Source of the DNA: Candidatus Dadabacteria bacterium
GTDB lineage: Bacteria; Desulfobacterota_D; UBA1144; Nemesobacterales; CSP1-2
NCBI GenBank assembly: GCA_963805855.1
Contig: CAWDVW010000007.1
Location: 224,001-288,000 of the forward strand
DNA length: 64,000 nt
Direction of reading: 5' to 3'
Part shown: one piece after another, positions 1 to 9,038 of the stretch
Layout of the letters: the number at the start of each line of letters is the position of its first letter
Numbering within the stretch: position 1 is the first letter of the stretch
Notes under the pieces: generated by a model
What the model was told of the DNA's origin: nothing
The model's database searches: none
The model's input: only the letters and a program-made list of their open reading frames with translations
Translations under genes and position numbers: made by a program

Positions 1-6
1 ATCGAG

Positions 7-921
7 TTGTACAGAAAATGCAATGCAGATATTTATCATTCACAGCAACCTTCATTAGGTACTTACCTGGCGATGAAGGCAATGCCTGACCGAAAGCATA
101 TCACTACATGCAGAGATCCAAAAAATACATATGATTGGAGAATTGAAATAGGTCTTGCTTCCCTCAGCAAACTCAAAGTTTTGGCTAGTTACCTATATGA
201 GGACAATTTCTTAGTTAAAAAAGCTGTTATTCGTGCAGACGGTGTATTTTGTGCAGCTGACCATTTAGTCCCAAAGGTCAAATTCAAATACGATCTAAGG
301 TCTGTTCCCTCTTTACTTCCTACACCTGTTGCCGTGCCTGGAAATGTGAAAAAAGCAATTACCCCAACTGTTTGTTTTTTAGCCCGTTGGGATAGAAGAA
401 AAAGACCAGAATTATTCTTTGAACTGGCAAGGGAATTTCCACGAATTATATTCATTGGAATTGGTATAGCTCAGGATAGTAAGTGGGATAATTACCTTAG
501 AAAAGCATATTCGAAGTTGCCGAATCTGGAGATGACTGGTTTTATAGATCAGTTTTCTACAAATGATTTATCTAGCATTCTTGAAAAAAGTTGGGTCTTA
601 GTGAATACCTCAATGAGAGAAGGTTTACCCGTTTCATTCTTGGAGGCTGCTGCAAATAGATGTGCAATACTTAGTGGAGTGGACCCAGATGGTTTTGCAT
701 CAAAGTTTGGATACTGTGTTAAAGATGATAATTTTGTAGAGGGGTTGGAATTTCTATTGGAGGATGACAGGTGGAAGGAAAGAGGAGAATACGGGTATGA
801 ATACATAAAAGAAACATTTGAAATGAACAAGGCTATTAATAGGCATATCGATGTATATGAGCAAGTTTTAAGTAAAAAACCTCGTGCTTCTGTCACGGGG
901 TTTTTTGCTCGTATTGTTTAA
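7..921 (+). CDS. Glycosyltransferase family 4 (GT-B), probably 5'-truncated by the window edge
   Basis: RWDRRKRPELF and NTSMREGLPVSFLEAAA (E-X7-E) motifs of GT4. Confidence 0.85.
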   Translation: MYRKCNADIYHSQQPSLGTYLAMKAMPDRKHITTCRDPKNTYDWRIEIGLASLSKLKVLASYLYEDNFLVKKAVIRADGVFCAADHLVPKVKFKYDLRSVPSLLPTPVAVPGNVKKAITPTVCFLARWDRRKRPELFFELAREFPRIIFIGIGIAQDSKWDNYLRKAYSKLPNLEMTGFIDQFSTNDLSSILEKSWVLVNTSMREGLPVSFLEAAANRCAILSGVDPDGFASKFGYCVKDDNFVEGLEFLLEDDRWKERGEYGYEYIKETFEMNKAINRHIDVYEQVLSKKPRASVTGFFARIV

Positions 922-926
922 ATAGA

Positions 927-2549
927 ATGAATAAGAAAACTGAAAAAGGTAACAAGGATAAGAATCCTGTATTCGTGATTGGATTAGATGGTGCTGAGTA
1001 CTCTCTAATACAGAAGTGGTCTCGGGACGGGTATCTACCGGCAATTACTTCGCTAATTGATAAAGGTTGCTGGGGGATTTTAGATTCAACAGGAGATATA
1101 TGCAGCGGTACCGTGTGGCCTAGTACTATTACTGGTCTATCACCATATAAGCACGGGGTTTTTTATGGACATCGGGAGTTTAAAAGTGGTACATATAGAA
1201 TATATAGGAAGTACCCTGATCAGGTAGATGGTATTCATTTTTGGTACTGGCTTAGCAAGGCAGGAAAAAGGCTTGCTATTTTTGACATACCTCATACATA
1301 TCCATTTAAGGGACTTGATGGGATCCAGATAGTCGCCTGGGGAGCTTTTTCGCCAAGCTGGAAGATGTCTTCTTGGCCCCCTGGACTTATCAAAGATCTT
1401 GTATCACGATTTGGAACTCATCCTCTATCGGGTTGGTATGAAAGAGTGCCTAAAACGATAGATGATTACCAGGAAATATGCTCAAAATTAATTTCTGGAG
1501 TGAAGAAAAGGAGTGAAATCTCTGCTTATCTTTTGAAAAAAGAAATTTGGGATATCTTTTTGGTGTCCTTTTCAGAAACTCATTGGGCCGGACATCTGCT
1601 TTGGCATCTGGTAGACGAGCGACATCCTTTTTACAAACCACAGTCTCCGGATTCCATAAAAAATTTAGTTCGTGACCTTTACTCGGCAATTGATTCTACT
1701 ATATCAAAACTTTTCGAAGCATACCCAAATGCTACTTTTCTAATATTCTCTCCAGAAGGTATGGGACCAAATTTTAGTGGAAACCATCTTTTGCCTGAAA
1801 TTCTAAACAGACTGGGTATGGGAAGAACCATGCAAGATAAAAAACTATCTGCAGGATTATCAATTTTTGCTGAGAAAATAAGCCAGTTAATGCCGGGTAA
1901 AAAAACGGGATCCAAGGTAATTAGGACTGTCGAAAGATTAATACCTTTTAAAGTAATAGAATTAGCAAAAAAAACGATTCCTAAAAAGATTTGGGATAAT
2001 TGGACTCGTCGCCTAGTTTATGCGGGAAATGATTGGCGAAGTAGCAAAGCCTTCATGATACCAGGTGAGTACTCTGGTGCGATCCGAATAAATCTCAAGG
2101 ATCGTGAACCCAATGGATTAGTACAACCTGGAAAGGAATATGATGAGGTCTGTGAAGAACTTATTGAAAGACTAACTTGTTTGGTCAATGTTGATACGGG
2201 GCAACCTGCCGTAGATGAGGTCGTGAGATTGGATAAGGTGTTCAACACTAATGATGTTAAGCACTTTCCCGATATTTTAGTGAAGTGGAAAGGAGATGCA
2301 CCTATAAAGCAGTTATACTCCGAACGAATTGGAACAATTCATGGGGAAAGCAATGAGGTGAGATCGGGAGCTCATAGACCTCATGGATTTCTGATAGCTA
2401 GTGGAAAGGGGATTTGTAAGGGGAAAGTTGTAACAGGGGGCAACATAATGGATTTGGCGCCTACTATTCTATATCTTCTAGGACAATCAATTCCCGCGGA
2501 AATGGATGGGAAGGTTTTAATGGATATGTTTGACAAAAAATCTCAATAG
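927..2549 (+). CDS. Alkaline phosphatase superfamily protein (type I phosphodiesterase/nucleotide pyrophosphatase-like, COG3379-like)
   Basis: VIGLDGA, W-x-S-x-x-TG-x-x-P-x-x-HG, INLKDREPNG, GAHRPHG and DLAPTIL motifs. Confidence 0.85.
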   Translation: MNKKTEKGNKDKNPVFVIGLDGAEYSLIQKWSRDGYLPAITSLIDKGCWGILDSTGDICSGTVWPSTITGLSPYKHGVFYGHREFKSGTYRIYRKYPDQVDGIHFWYWLSKAGKRLAIFDIPHTYPFKGLDGIQIVAWGAFSPSWKMSSWPPGLIKDLVSRFGTHPLSGWYERVPKTIDDYQEICSKLISGVKKRSEISAYLLKKEIWDIFLVSFSETHWAGHLLWHLVDERHPFYKPQSPDSIKNLVRDLYSAIDSTISKLFEAYPNATFLIFSPEGMGPNFSGNHLLPEILNRLGMGRTMQDKKLSAGLSIFAEKISQLMPGKKTGSKVIRTVERLIPFKVIELAKKTIPKKIWDNWTRRLVYAGNDWRSSKAFMIPGEYSGAIRINLKDREPNGLVQPGKEYDEVCEELIERLTCLVNVDTGQPAVDEVVRLDKVFNTNDVKHFPDILVKWKGDAPIKQLYSERIGTIHGESNEVRSGAHRPHGFLIASGKGICKGKVVTGGNIMDLAPTILYLLGQSIPAEMDGKVLMDMFDKKSQ

Positions 2550-2649
2550 ATATCCTTAACCTTTCGTGTAATGACAGAGGTCATATTTAATACAGTCTTT
2601 TTCTCAAGTTTCTTTTTAATTTTATTTATACACAAAAGGTGGTTTTTAA

Positions 2650-4203
2650 TTGTATAAAAAGCCAAGGGTGCTTGTAATTTGTGTCGCTGAAGCTACCCTA
2701 GATCTTATTACTCCGTGGGCCGAATTCGGAAAGTTGCCTACATTTCGTACATTGGCGACGGAGGGGGTTTCAGGCCCCCTTCGCTCGCAGATTCCAATCA
2801 GTATTCCCCAGTTGTGGGGAACAATTGTCACCGGAAGGTCTCCAGGCCATCACGGACTGTTTGATTTTTGGCAGCGTGGCCCTGACGGAGCGTTTCATGA
2901 AATCAATAGCTCTCACATCCAATCAAAAACGGTATGGAAAATCATTAGTGAGAATGGACTAAGGTCTGGGATAGTAAATATTCCAATTGTTTATCCACCT
3001 GAAAAAATTAATGGTTTTATGATATCGGGAGAAGTTGCCCCCGGTGCCCATCGTTCTATAGCCTATCCATCCAGTCTATACGATGAGATCGTCGATAAAT
3101 TTGGCAGGTATCGTCTCAAGGACATATTTCCAGGCGGACGCCAAAAATCTGATTATCTTGGATTGATCGAGGAGGATGTCGCTAAGCAGACGGAGGTCCT
3201 TGAATATCTCATATCCAGGAAGGAGTGGGACTTTTTCTTTACTTTCTATAGTGCTACTGCTATAGCTCAACATTATTTTTGGTCAGATATGGAAACCGGA
3301 GATGAAAATAATCCCTTTCGAAGTGTAATTGAAAGTGCATACAGGTGTATTGATTCAGCACTAGGCCGTTTAATCAACGGGGCGGGCCCGGATACCACAG
3401 TCTTTGTAATCTCTGAATGTGGTGCAGGACCTTTGTATTCAGGTGTTCAGATCAATTCATGGCTAGAGAAAGAAGGCTTTTTAACTCGTAAGAGAAGAAC
3501 ATCAGAAGCATTGATTGGATCAACGCCATTAAGCTATATTCAATACTGGTTACGTGGAATTGTTGCTGAATTTAGAAAAGATGCTCAGGGATTCCTCCCT
3601 AAATCTGCCTTTTACTGGATGAATCATAATATGAAGAGTATCAAAGCATGGATTCAAACTTATTTATCTAGTTCGGATATTGATTGGTATAGAACTAAGG
3701 CCTTTTCACGAGGGAAGGAGGGAAACATATATATAAATTTGAGGGGGCGAGACCCCCATGGGGTTGTCAATCCTGGATCGGGTTATGAAAGCCTAAGGGA
3801 AGAGATTGTTAAACGTTTAAATCAACTTATCGATCCTAGTACAGGGATTAGGGCTGTTGAAAACGTTTACTGCCGCGAAGAACTTTACGATGGTCCGATG
3901 GTCGAATGGGCACCTGATTTGATTATCGAGTGGCGTGATACCGCTTACGAGCCAACAGAGAGCGATCGGGACAGGGACTCTATTTTTGTAACACGTTGGC
4001 GTGAATATATGAATTGGCCGACATCTGGAAGCCATAGGATTGATGGGGTTTTATTCGCAAAGGGCCCTCGAATTGATAAATCAAAAAAGGTAGAGGATGC
4101 GCGTATAATAGACATGATGCCAACGTGGCTATATTGTTTGGATCAACGAATTCCCTCTGAGTTAGAGGGCCGTGTGATTTTAGAGCTTTTCGATGATCAT
4201 TAG
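2650..4203 (+). CDS. Alkaline phosphatase superfamily protein (COG3379-like), atypical metal ligands
   Basis: LWGTIVTGRSPGHHGLFDF, INLRGRDPHG, GSHRIDG, DMMPT; TTG start. Confidence 0.8.
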   Translation: MYKKPRVLVICVAEATLDLITPWAEFGKLPTFRTLATEGVSGPLRSQIPISIPQLWGTIVTGRSPGHHGLFDFWQRGPDGAFHEINSSHIQSKTVWKIISENGLRSGIVNIPIVYPPEKINGFMISGEVAPGAHRSIAYPSSLYDEIVDKFGRYRLKDIFPGGRQKSDYLGLIEEDVAKQTEVLEYLISRKEWDFFFTFYSATAIAQHYFWSDMETGDENNPFRSVIESAYRCIDSALGRLINGAGPDTTVFVISECGAGPLYSGVQINSWLEKEGFLTRKRRTSEALIGSTPLSYIQYWLRGIVAEFRKDAQGFLPKSAFYWMNHNMKSIKAWIQTYLSSSDIDWYRTKAFSRGKEGNIYINLRGRDPHGVVNPGSGYESLREEIVKRLNQLIDPSTGIRAVENVYCREELYDGPMVEWAPDLIIEWRDTAYEPTESDRDRDSIFVTRWREYMNWPTSGSHRIDGVLFAKGPRIDKSKKVEDARIIDMMPTWLYCLDQRIPSELEGRVILELFDDH

Positions 4204-4239
4204 GTGATGAAACAAGTCACGGAATTTGGGGGAGTGAAA

Positions 4240-5226
4240 ATGAATTACAGATCATTTGGTAGTACAGGTTTAAAGGTTTCAGAGATAGGGTTTGGGTGTT
4301 CACGTATTGGCGGAGGTGTAATAAAAAAGGATAATACGGAATCAATTCGACTTCTGCTCAGGGCATATGAGCTAGGTGTGAATTTTTATGATACTGCTGA
4401 TACATATACAAATGGTCGAAGTGAAAAACTGATCGGAAGAGCCTTTAAAGATCTAAGAAGCCACATAGTAATTGCCAGCAAAGTGGGAATGGTACACTCG
4501 TCTCTTTATCGTTTAGGTAAGACTTTATTACCTGCTCTAACACCAATTCACCGTGTAATCGAACCTTGGAAGAGTACTCTTAAGAAAGTATCAAAACGCA
4601 GGCAAGAATTTTCACCTTTATATATAAAAAAATCTATAGAAGAAAGCTTAAGTAGGCTAAAAACAGACTATCTCGACTTATATCAGCTTCACAGCCCTCC
4701 GACGTCGATAATAGAACGGGGAGAAGTATGTGAAACTCTAGATCTTCTAAAGTCTCAGGGCAAAATTCGATTTTATGGGATATCTGCTAAAACGATCGGC
4801 GATGCTATTTTGTCTCTAAAATATATAAATATCTCTTCCCTCCAAGTTGAGTTTAATCTCTTACAGCAGGAGGCTTCAAAAGAGCTCTTTCCCCTAGTGG
4901 AGGAGGAAAAAATCGCAATTATTGTTCGAGTTCCTTTAGCAAGGGGGTTGCTTACAAAAAATATGACTGACAAAAGGGGCGAGGTCTTGAATAGAAGAGA
5001 GTTACAAATATCAAGGGCAAAGGCGACAGGACTATCCTTTCTGGTGAATGAGAAGCGTGACCTGGCTCAGGCAGCACTCCGATTTGTCTTAAGCCATCCC
5101 CAGGTCTCTGTGGCAATTCCGGGGATAAGCCAAGTAAAACACTTAGAGGATAATATCAGAGCCTTAGAAGCCCCACCGCTGACAGGAGAAGCACTGGAAA
5201 AGATTGCTTTATTGAATAATCACTGA
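4240..5226 (+). CDS. Aldo/keto reductase
   Basis: VSEIGFG, FYDTADTY, IASK, LKTDYLDLYQLH; catalytic D/Y/K/H intact; ATG at 4240 follows a GGAG SD. Confidence 0.9.
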   Translation: MNYRSFGSTGLKVSEIGFGCSRIGGGVIKKDNTESIRLLLRAYELGVNFYDTADTYTNGRSEKLIGRAFKDLRSHIVIASKVGMVHSSLYRLGKTLLPALTPIHRVIEPWKSTLKKVSKRRQEFSPLYIKKSIEESLSRLKTDYLDLYQLHSPPTSIIERGEVCETLDLLKSQGKIRFYGISAKTIGDAILSLKYINISSLQVEFNLLQQEASKELFPLVEEEKIAIIVRVPLARGLLTKNMTDKRGEVLNRRELQISRAKATGLSFLVNEKRDLAQAALRFVLSHPQVSVAIPGISQVKHLEDNIRALEAPPLTGEALEKIALLNNH

Positions 5227-5310
5227 TGGTTCTTTCAGGGAACGATTAATACAAAGAATTCGAAAGTATGCAATTAAAAGACAAATCAAATAGTGTAAAA
5301 AAGACCAGCG

Positions 5311-6894
5311 ATGAGAAGTGACCCTATAATAGTTATTGGATTCAATGGCGCGGAGCATCAGCTGATCCAAAAATGGTCAGACGAAGGATACTTACCGACA
5401 ATTGCCTCTCTAATGGAACGTGGCTGCTGGGGTAGGATAAATTCTACTGGGGATATATCCAGTGGGTCTGTATGGCCCACTTTTTTAACCGGCGTTTCTC
5501 CTGCTAAACATGGCGTATTTTACGGACATCGAGAGCTAAAGATAGGTACATATCAGATATACAAAAAATACGCCGACCAAATCAAAAGTAAACCCTTCTG
5601 GTACAGGCTGAGCAAAGCCGGGAAAAGGATAGCTATCTTCGACATTCCTTATACCCATCCGCTTAAGGGACTTAATGGGATTCAGATAGTAGCATGGGGA
5701 GCTTTTGCTCCAAGCTGGAAGATCTCATCTTGGCCTCCTCGACTTATCAAGGAAATTTTAACACGATTTGGCGACCATCCTCTCGCAAGTTGGTATGAGC
5801 AAAGACTTAAAACCATCAACGAGTATGAGGAGTTTTTCAAAAGGTTGATTTCAGGGGTGGAGAAAAGAGGTCTAATCTCGGCGTATCTCCTAAACCAAGA
5901 GCCTTGGGACTTCTTTTTAATGGCGTTTTCAGAAGCGCACTGGGCAGGACACCTACTTTGGCATGTCATGGATGATAAACATCCTGATCATAACCCTCGG
6001 ATAGCTGAGACCTTTAAAAATGCAATTCGAGACGTTTACTCGGCAATCTCAAGACTTATTGAAATTATCCCCCAAGCTACCGTTTTCATTTTCTCTCTGG
6101 ATGGTATGGGGGCTAACTACAGTGGGAAGCATCTGCTGCCTGAGATTCTTAAAAGAATTGGTATGATTGAAAGGCCCGCTCAACCTAAAAAGCAATCCAG
6201 AATCGTATCGAGCACACTTGTTACCATAAATCAGTTGATGCCGACTGGGAGATGGGGATATAACTCTATTAGAAATGTTGAGAGTTTAATCTCTATCAGG
6301 CTAATAGAGATCGCTAAGAAGTTGCTGCCACAGAAGTTTTGGGATTATTGGACTAGTCGCACTCTTTATGCCGGTAACGATTGGCGATGGAGTAAAGCCT
6401 TCTGTGTGCCAAACGAATTCCATGGATCAATCCGAATTAATCTTAGAGGCCGCGAGCCTAATGGGTTAATTGAACCTGGTATGGAGTACGACGAACTTTG
6501 TGAGGAACTCACCGAAAAACTTAGTAGCTTGGTAAACGTAGATACGGGAGGAAATGCTGTCAGTGAGGTTATAAGGTTGGACCGGTTCTATCAAGGAGAG
6601 AATATCTCTGAGCTTCCGGATCTCGTTGTAAAATGGGTAGGAGATGCACCGATCAGGGCACTGCATTCTCCACACGTGGGCACCATTAAGGGGGAACCTC
6701 TCGATTTTCGGACAGGAGCGCATAGACCGGATGGCTTTCTAATAGCTTCTGGAAAGGAAATCTGTAAGAGAAAAGTCTTAGAAAATGGGAGTGTTATGGA
6801 TATAGCACACACTATCTTATACCTAATGGGTCAATCTGTTTCCCGAGAAATAGAGGGTAAGGTTTTGATCGATATAGTAGCTGAAAACTTTTAG
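5311..6894 (+). CDS. Alkaline phosphatase superfamily protein, close paralog of 927..2549
   Basis: Long near-identical blocks with 927..2549 (HGVFYGHRE, GIQIVAWGAF, HWAGHLLWH, GAHRP). Confidence 0.85.
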   Translation: MRSDPIIVIGFNGAEHQLIQKWSDEGYLPTIASLMERGCWGRINSTGDISSGSVWPTFLTGVSPAKHGVFYGHRELKIGTYQIYKKYADQIKSKPFWYRLSKAGKRIAIFDIPYTHPLKGLNGIQIVAWGAFAPSWKISSWPPRLIKEILTRFGDHPLASWYEQRLKTINEYEEFFKRLISGVEKRGLISAYLLNQEPWDFFLMAFSEAHWAGHLLWHVMDDKHPDHNPRIAETFKNAIRDVYSAISRLIEIIPQATVFIFSLDGMGANYSGKHLLPEILKRIGMIERPAQPKKQSRIVSSTLVTINQLMPTGRWGYNSIRNVESLISIRLIEIAKKLLPQKFWDYWTSRTLYAGNDWRWSKAFCVPNEFHGSIRINLRGREPNGLIEPGMEYDELCEELTEKLSSLVNVDTGGNAVSEVIRLDRFYQGENISELPDLVVKWVGDAPIRALHSPHVGTIKGEPLDFRTGAHRPDGFLIASGKEICKRKVLENGSVMDIAHTILYLMGQSVSREIEGKVLIDIVAENF

Positions 6895-6951
6895 AGTTTT
6901 TCGATGCTCGTTCGTTGGTGAAAAGAGCAATTGAGATTTGAGAGGGTTCGC

Positions 6952-7944
6952 ATGAATTATAGATTGTTTGGGCAAACTGACTTAAGCGTCTCTGAGATTG
7001 GATTAAGCTGTGCATCGTTGGCTGGAGGCCTATACTATAAAAATGATCGTGAGTCTCTAATGACTTTGCTGCAGGCTTTTGATTCAGGCATCAATTTCTT
7101 TGAGACCTCTGATTCCTGGGGTCAGGGAAACAGTGAAAGGCTTGTTGGTGAAGCATTTAGAGGCAGAAGGGATAGTATCATAATCACAGGTAGAGTAGGT
7201 GTTGATTTTTCGACCTTAGGAAATCTCGCTTTGAGAACGAGAACCCTGCTCCGGCCTGTAAGTCGCTTTCTTCGCCCAATGAGTGGCTACCTTTACAAGG
7301 TCCGCACATCGCAGAAGCGAAAGGATTTTTCACAAAAACACCTAACGGAAGCGATTCACGGAAGCCTGAAGCGTCTACAGACCGACCATTTAGATCTTTA
7401 CCAATTGTACGGACCGCCGTCATCTGTGTTAGAAGAAGGGGATTTCTGTGAAACATTTGAGAACCTAAAGGCTCAGGGAAAACTCAGATATTATGGTGTC
7501 GTCTGTGATACAGTCAATGATGCTTTAATCTGTTTAAGTCTTCCTGGCATCTCTTCGATTCAAGTCGATATTAGTCTATTAGACCAAGAGGCTATCACTA
7601 AGGTTTTACCTTTAGCATCGGAGAGGAAACTAGCTGTAATTGCTGGTCATCCCCGAGCAATGGGTCTTTTAACAAATGATCTTAGCGACATTATGGGAGA
7701 TACCTCATCATACAACCGAACAGAATTAGTAAATAGAAAAAACAGAGCCAGGTCGTTGCAGTTCCTTACCAAAGAAAATCGCACATTGGCTCAATCCGCA
7801 CTCCGGTTTGTCTTGCAGCTTGATGGAGTCTCAATTGCGCTGCCACGAGCTATAGATCGCGTGCAGCTCGATGAAAATCTCGGAGCGCTGTCTGCTCCGC
7901 ATCTGATGAAGGAAGAACTTGAAAAGATTCGCTTGTTGTCATAA
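6952..7944 (+). CDS. Aldo/keto reductase-fold protein with substituted catalytic residues
   Basis: VSEIGL, SLKRLQTDHLDLYQL, LAQSALRFVL; colinear with 4240..5226. Confidence 0.85.
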   Translation: MNYRLFGQTDLSVSEIGLSCASLAGGLYYKNDRESLMTLLQAFDSGINFFETSDSWGQGNSERLVGEAFRGRRDSIIITGRVGVDFSTLGNLALRTRTLLRPVSRFLRPMSGYLYKVRTSQKRKDFSQKHLTEAIHGSLKRLQTDHLDLYQLYGPPSSVLEEGDFCETFENLKAQGKLRYYGVVCDTVNDALICLSLPGISSIQVDISLLDQEAITKVLPLASERKLAVIAGHPRAMGLLTNDLSDIMGDTSSYNRTELVNRKNRARSLQFLTKENRTLAQSALRFVLQLDGVSIALPRAIDRVQLDENLGALSAPHLMKEELEKIRLLS

Positions 7945-8029
7945 TAGCAGGCTTACCAGAAATTAAGTAAATTGAGGAAGTTCACTAGCAAATCTCTTAA
8001 GAACCTGCATAATTAGGGTTTGTTAAGAT

Positions 8030-8875
8030 ATGACGAATTATTCTGAAGCCGGTAGTTGGCTAGCAAAGGAAGTAGGTCAGGTAGAAGAGCGAATAAGTCT
8101 ATCTAGGGCTTCACTTCGTCTGGCTAAGTGTGTCGAGTATCCAAACCTAATAGTTGATAACTATTTGCTGCGAATAGATGAGATGGCAGCCGAAATCGGG
8201 TCCCGCTTAGGCTGTGACACCAGCGATCCGAATTCGTTGATAGATTCAATCAATAATTATTTGTTTGTAGAACAGGGATTCCATGGTAATGCGGCCGACT
8301 ATTATGATCCTAGAAATAGTTTCTTAAATGATGTTATGGATAGAAAAACAGGAATTCCAATTACGCTTTCTACGCTCTATATTGAACTTGCAAGCAGGGT
8401 GGGGCTGAAATTAAATGGGGTAGGTGTCCCGGGACACTTTATTGTTAAATATTCGGGACCAGGCGATGAGATACTGATTGACCCCTTTAACAAGGGCAAG
8501 GTACTATCGGAGATAAACTGCCAGGATATTCTTAATAGGATGTACGGGGGTGGGGTCCGATTTAGAAGAGAAATGTTAGCTCCTTCCACGAATAAGCAAA
8601 TACTTAGCAGAATGCTGAATAATTTGAAAGGAATATATGTCGATTCTAAAAATCATCAAAAGGCTCTTTCAGTTGTTGAATTGATTCTTGAATTAAATCC
8701 TGATAGTGTTTCGGAAGTAAGAGATAGAGGATTACTTTACTATGAGCTGGAATGCTTTTCCCAGGCACTTCATGGTCTGGAAACCTATCTTAATCTATCT
8801 CCTGATGCTCCTGATCGTGACGTGATTACTAATATTGTTTCACGATTAAGGGATGTAGTGAAATTGATTAACTAA
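8030..8875 (+). CDS. SirB1/transglutaminase-like domain protein with C-terminal TPR
   Basis: YYDPRNSFLNDVMDRKTGIPITLS, PGHF, IDPF, RMLNNLK, RDRGL. Confidence 0.9.
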   Translation: MTNYSEAGSWLAKEVGQVEERISLSRASLRLAKCVEYPNLIVDNYLLRIDEMAAEIGSRLGCDTSDPNSLIDSINNYLFVEQGFHGNAADYYDPRNSFLNDVMDRKTGIPITLSTLYIELASRVGLKLNGVGVPGHFIVKYSGPGDEILIDPFNKGKVLSEINCQDILNRMYGGGVRFRREMLAPSTNKQILSRMLNNLKGIYVDSKNHQKALSVVELILELNPDSVSEVRDRGLLYYELECFSQALHGLETYLNLSPDAPDRDVITNIVSRLRDVVKLIN

Positions 8876-9038
8876 GTAAAATTTAAAATTAGTATATACA
8901 TGGCTAGTTGCCTTTTCATAAGAATGCTAGGTTTATCTACCTACACCACAAAAAAATAATAATTTTTATCTGTTTATTGGATTATCTCCCTTACTTCGGT
9001 AGAATTCCTACATTTTGTATGCTTAGAGGATATCAGAT

